Positions 59,751 through 64,000 of a stretch of 64,000 nt of DNA are shown here, piece after piece. A program made the position numbers and the translations under genes. Each line of letters begins with the position of its first letter. Position 1 is the stretch's first letter. Location: assembly GCF_036321535.1 (NCBI RefSeq), contig NC_087451.1:27652001-27716000 (forward strand), given 5' to 3'. Below the pieces are notes generated by a model, which did no database searches, was not told where the DNA came from, and saw only the letters and a program-made list of their open reading frames with translations. Source of the DNA: Camelus dromedarius. Its lineage: Eukaryota.

Positions 59751-62700
59751 ATGACCCTTTCCTCCCCGGAGCTGGGCCCTGCAGCCCAAGCTGACCACCC
59801 GCTCTGCCCGACCTCCCTTGCAGCTACTACCTGAAAGAATCCAAGGGCAGCCGACGGTGGCTACTCTTTCTGGAAGGTGAGTCCCAGGGGGCTGAGGAGG
59901 CGGGTTAGGCGAGGGTCCCCTGGGCACTGGACCCTGAGGTGGTGGCTGTGCACACAGGAGGCTGGTACTGCTTCAACCGGGAGAACTGCGACTCGCGGTA
60001 TGACACCATGAGGCGCCTCATGAGCTCCAAGGACTGGCCACGCACTCGCACAGGTCAGCAGGCCATGGAGTGCCCAGGAGTCCCCTGCTGGGGGAAGGGG
60101 GCTGACAACCTGAAGTTCTGGAAGAAGCCCCCTTCCTTCACTCCCTAGAGCCCCAGAGAGGCCCCACCCCATCCACCCCTCCCCTCCCCCAAGGGTAGGG
60201 AGCACTCACACTCACCCTTCATTCTTATTCCACAGGTAACTTCCCAGGGCTCACCGTGCCTGAGCGGTACGTGGTCGGTCCCTAAATGAAAGCAGTTGGT
60301 GGAGTGGCCATGCCAGATATCACAGCCTGGCTGGGCATCCTGGCCATGGTGACTCTGTGCAGTAACTAAACTCGTCCATTCCCCACTTCCCTGGCCACCC
60401 TGGTTCAGGCAGGTGTCACCACCCACCTCCTTGCTGGGGCCAAGTAGGATACCCCCACATCCCCAGCCTTCCTGCCGTCCTCATCCCTGCATGCCCCCTC
60501 CCCCCAAGAAAGACCCACTGCCTCTGTCCTCCCGGCCACAGGCACGGGGATCCTGTCCTCCCAACCAGAGGAGAACCCCCACTGGTGGAACGCCAACATG
60601 GTGTAAGAAGGGGCAAGGGGTCCTTCCTGGGGGTCCTGTCCACGGAAGTCCTTCGTGGACAGTCCTTCCTAAGGGGGCTCTTAGGGGGGAGTCCATCTGA
60701 GGGGTCTTGTCCTTGGGAGGATCTTGTCCTGGGAAAGATCCTTCCTGGGGCAGGGGTCCTAACCTCAGGAGTCCTTCCTGGGGAAGGTGGTCCTTCCTGG
60801 GGTCCTCGGGCAACAGAGGAGCATGGCTCACGTCGTCCCTGTGTCACAGCTTCATCCCCTACTGCTCCAGTGACGTCTGGAGTGGAGCTTCATCGAAGTC
60901 TGAGAAGAGTGAGTCCCCTGGCCTCCCCCTCCCTCCCCCTCCCAGAGCCAGGGCAGGGGAGATGGAGATTCTGGGGAAATACAGACTTTCAGCCTCGTCA
61001 CTTCCTCTAACCCTTTGATGTGTCCCAGGGTGCCCGTCTCCAGCACCCACTGGCTGGCTTGTACATGGCAGGCCTGACCCTTGGGGGGCCTCGCTTCTGG
61101 GTGTTCCCTGGGGAAGGGCCCTCAGAACAGCCTTGTATACCTGATCCACCTCCCTCCAGTCTACCCCAGCCCCTGGCCTCATCCCCTGGAAGACCCTCCA
61201 GGCCCCCAGCTCTATCCCTCCCCCTTCCAACCTGGGGGTAGGAGGCCTTGCTCTCTGCCCAGGCCCCCACTCGAAGCATCCTCCTTCCCCGTGCAGACGA
61301 GTACGCCTTCATGGGCGCCCTCATCATCCAGGAGGTGGTGCGCGAGCTTCTGGGCAAAGGGCTGAGCGGGGCCAAGGTGCTGCTGCTGGCAGGGAGCAGG
61401 TGGGCTGGGCTGGGGCTGGGGCGGCAGGGTGCCCATGGAAGGGAGAGGAGGGGGCTGAGCCTGGGCAGACCCGCGGCCGGGGAGAGCAGCATCCTAGGGT
61501 GTCCTGGAGGCTTGGCCCCCACGTGCTGTGTAGGAGAAGCTGTCCAGAGGACTCTTCTGGAACCGTGGTTGTTGGATGTGAGGGAAGCCTGGGACTGCAG
61601 TGACCTCGGTTGTTGGTTAGGGGTTATCTGTGAACCAATGTACCTCCAAGGCCAGGGGTTCCTGCAGGCAGGATCACACCTGTTGGCCACTGTATCACTG
61701 CGGGCTTGTAGGGGACCCAGGGGGACATCCGAGAACTAGATGAAGGGGCCTGGGCCACACAGGTCATTCTCACTTTCCGATGAGGAAACAGAGAGGAAGG
61801 GAAGGAGGGATGGGAGAAAGTGGTATGACCTGACCCTGGGTCAGTGCAGCCCCCCCGGCCCTTCTCTGCCTTCAGGACCCTGATGAGCCCACGAGTCTTG
61901 CCAGGAACCCAGACAATGTTGGCAGTTCAGAGTGCATGGGGATCCCTGTCCCCTTGGGATGGGCTTGGGGCTGGGTGGGCTCCGTGGGAGGTGAGCATCC
62001 TTCCACGTCCACCTGGCCTGACGTCCCACCTTCCCTGCAGCGCGGGGGCCACGGGGGTGCTGCTGAACGTGGACCGCGTGGCCGAGCAGCTGGAGGAGCT
62101 GGGCTATCCGGCCATCCAGGTGCGGGGCCTGGCCGACTCCGGCTGGTTCCTGGACAACAAGCAGTACCGCCGCACGGACTGCATCGACACCATCACCTGC
62201 GCTCCCACGGAGGCCATCCGCCGGGGCATCAGGTGCCCCGCGAGGGAGGACTTGTCCCACACTCTGGGGCCCTGCCTGGCCTCGTGGCCCCCCGTGCAGA
62301 GGGCCCAGGGTGGGTGCAGAGCGGGTGGCCAAGCTTGTGGAAGACGGGGGGCAGCTAACCTGCCGCGTGTGGCCCAGGTACTGGAATGGCGTGGTCCCAG
62401 AGCGCTGCCGGCGCCAGTTCAAGGAGGGCGAGGAGTGGAACTGCTTCTTCGGCTACAAAGTCTACCCAACCCTGCGCTGTGAGTGGGCACGCAGCGCGGG
62501 GGGCGGGGGGCAGGGACGGTGTCCAGACTTTCTCCCCCTGCTGACAACCCAGCTGGAGTCAAGCCCTAGGAGGCAGGGCCCGGAGGCCACTGCCCCACCT
62601 GGGAAGGGTGACAGAGTCATCTGGGTTTGGCCAGGACTTTCCCAGTCTTGACACAAAAAGTCCACTCGGTTCGAGGCAAACCAGGGTGGTAGGTCACCCG

Positions 62701-63149
62701 GCCACACCCACAGTTGAGAATGTGCTTTAGCCTGGATTCCATGCCCCTGCGTGGTGCCTTGGCATCCCAGCTCTACGCTTGGGGGGACGCTGTCACCACA
62801 TTTTGGTCAAAGCAGAGTCCCTGGGAACCAGGCCAAGGTCGGGGTGGAACAAGACACCTCTTCAAGGAAGGGTGCTGTGGTCGGGGGTCTGGTGGCTGGC
62901 ACCCTGCAGGGAGAGCCTGGCTGCCACCTCGGGACCCCAGGCCTGGGGGGGGGGTGCTCAGCAGGAGCTGGGGCCCAGCTGAGCCGTCACCCTGGCCCCA
63001 GGCCCGGTGTTCGTGGTGCAGTGGCTGTTTGATGAGGCCCAGCTGACTGTGGACAATGTGCACCTCACGGGGCAGCCGGTGCAGGAGGGCCAGTGGCTCT
63101 ACATCCAGAACCTGGGCCGTGAGCTTCGAAACACGCTCAAGGACGTGCC
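58359..63149 (+). CDS. NOTUM: Notum palmitoleoyl-protein carboxylesterase (Wnt deacylase), coding exons 1-9; 3' exons lie beyond the window
   Basis: Exons 58359-58693, 59824-59876, 59958-60053, 60542-60602, 60850-60908, 61297-61399, 62041-62232, 62378-62478, 63002-63149, all GT-AG and in phase. Signal peptide [37 protein letters not shown] (oxyanion loop), catalytic Ser in AGSSAG across the exon 6/7 junction, WLFDEAQ (catalytic Asp). The catalytic His exon is outside the window. Confidence 0.97.
60615..60805 (+). repeat. Degenerate tandem repeat (GTCCTTCCTGGGG-like, about 8 units) filling NOTUM intron 4
   Basis: Near-perfect units at about 60620, 60738, 60771 and 60790; diverged units at about 60648, 60662, 60704 and 60722. 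Confidence 0.75.
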
Positions 63150-63299
63150 GTGAGTGCTGGGGATCCCCCTCAGACCCCTCTGCAGTAAACCCCTCGACTG
63201 AAAAACAGAGGCCTCCAAGATGGCAAAATAGGAAGTGGCCAAGTCGTCCCTCAGTCGGTGATGAACTGTGGCCCCCTAGATGGGAGTGGGACCCAGAGT

Positions 63300-63807
63300 G
63301 AGAGAGAAGTGAGCCACTGAGACATCAAAAGACACGGAGGAGATCCACGTGCATGCTGCTAAGCGGAAGAGGCCAGTCTGGGGAGGCTGCTTGTGTGATT
63401 TTAGGTCTGTGATGTCCTGATAAAAGCAAAACCCTGGACACAGTAAGAAGATCAGTGGTTTCTGGGGGCTGGGGGACGGAGGCATGAAGACGGGGGACAC
63501 AGAGGGCTTTTAGGGCCTAGAAACAGCTGGGCTGGTACCACTCTGGTGGAGACCTGTCATCACACGCTTGTCCAGACTCATGGAAGGTGCAACACCCAGA
63601 GTGAACCCTGATGTGAACTGTGGACTCTGGGGGATGGAGATGAGTCATGAGTCAGCGTAGGTTCCTTGGTTGTAACAAAGATGCCATCTGATGGAGGCTG
63701 TTGCTCATGAGGGGCTGTGTGTGTCAGGGGGCAGAGGATAAAGGGGAGCTCTCTACATCTTCGTTCCACTTTGATGTGAACCTGAAACTTCTACAAAAAC
63801 TGAAGTC
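63300..63807 (+). mobile_element. LINE-1 3' end (L1MC1-3-like) in NOTUM intron 9
   Basis: AAAGCAAAACCCTGGACACAGTAAGAAGATCAGTGGTT...CAACACCCAGAGTGAACCCTGATGTGAACTGTGGACT...GTAGGTTCCTTGGTTGTAACAAA...TGTGAACCTGAAACTTCTACAAAAACTGAAGTC matches the recalled L1MC 3' terminus. Confidence 0.8.
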
Positions 63808-64000
63808 GGGGGGAGGGCATAGCTCAGTGACGAAGTGAGTGCCTAGCAGGCACAGGAGGTCCTGGGTTCAATCCCCAGCATCACTTCTAAAAATAAATAA
63901 ATAAAACCTAATTGCTTCCCCCAAAAACTAACAAAAAAAACTAACATTAAAAAAATTAATATAAATAAACCTAATTACCTCCCCCAAATAGATAAATAAA
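63808..64000 (+). mobile_element. Young tRNA-derived SINE (camelid-type) with a duplicated 3' tail module
   Basis: GGGGGGAGGGCATAGCTCAGTG (A box), CCTGGGTTCAATCCCCAG (B box), then two copies of the AATAAA(A)CCTAATT(G/A)C(T/C)TCCCCCAAA tail module. Confidence 0.88.

Noticed and set aside
63769-63775. CTTTGAT TCF cores at 63769, 47737 and 1832
   Set aside because: They lie inside L1 or MER63-like fossils, are isolated and lack helper motifs; not counted as Wnt elements.

Overview
GC-rich mammalian genomic window, collinear with human 17q25.3 but in inverted orientation: DCXR (+, 5'-truncated), RAC3 (-), LRRC45 (-), CENPX/STRA13 (+), ASPSCR1/TUG (-), NOTUM (+, 3'-truncated). I rebuilt every exon by hand from GT-AG boundaries and reading-frame continuity. 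RAC3 (192 aa), LRRC45 (670 aa), CENPX (79 aa) and ASPSCR1 (551 aa) are complete and intact. Three young tRNA-derived SINEs resemble the camelid SINE family as I recall it, which suggests a camel/alpaca genome (inference). Old L1, MIR, MLT1 and MER63-like fossils and a 230-N assembly gap in the NOTUM CpG island are also present. Most long ORFs in the track are GC-rich artefacts. The most interesting unexplained structure is regulatory: a dense cluster of TCF/LEF sites in ASPSCR1 intron 7, a near-perfect palindrome of TCF sites around a helper-type core in intron 4, and further TCF sites upstream of and inside NOTUM. Together these suggest ASPSCR1 hosts the Wnt-feedback enhancers of NOTUM. Other leads are a candidate intronic poly(A) isoform of ASPSCR1, a CLEAR-like E-box at the ASPSCR1 start, a possible upstream NOTUM exon, and a Gly-to-Ala change next to the NOTUM catalytic serine. 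Human comparisons and repeat-family names are from memory and need database confirmation.
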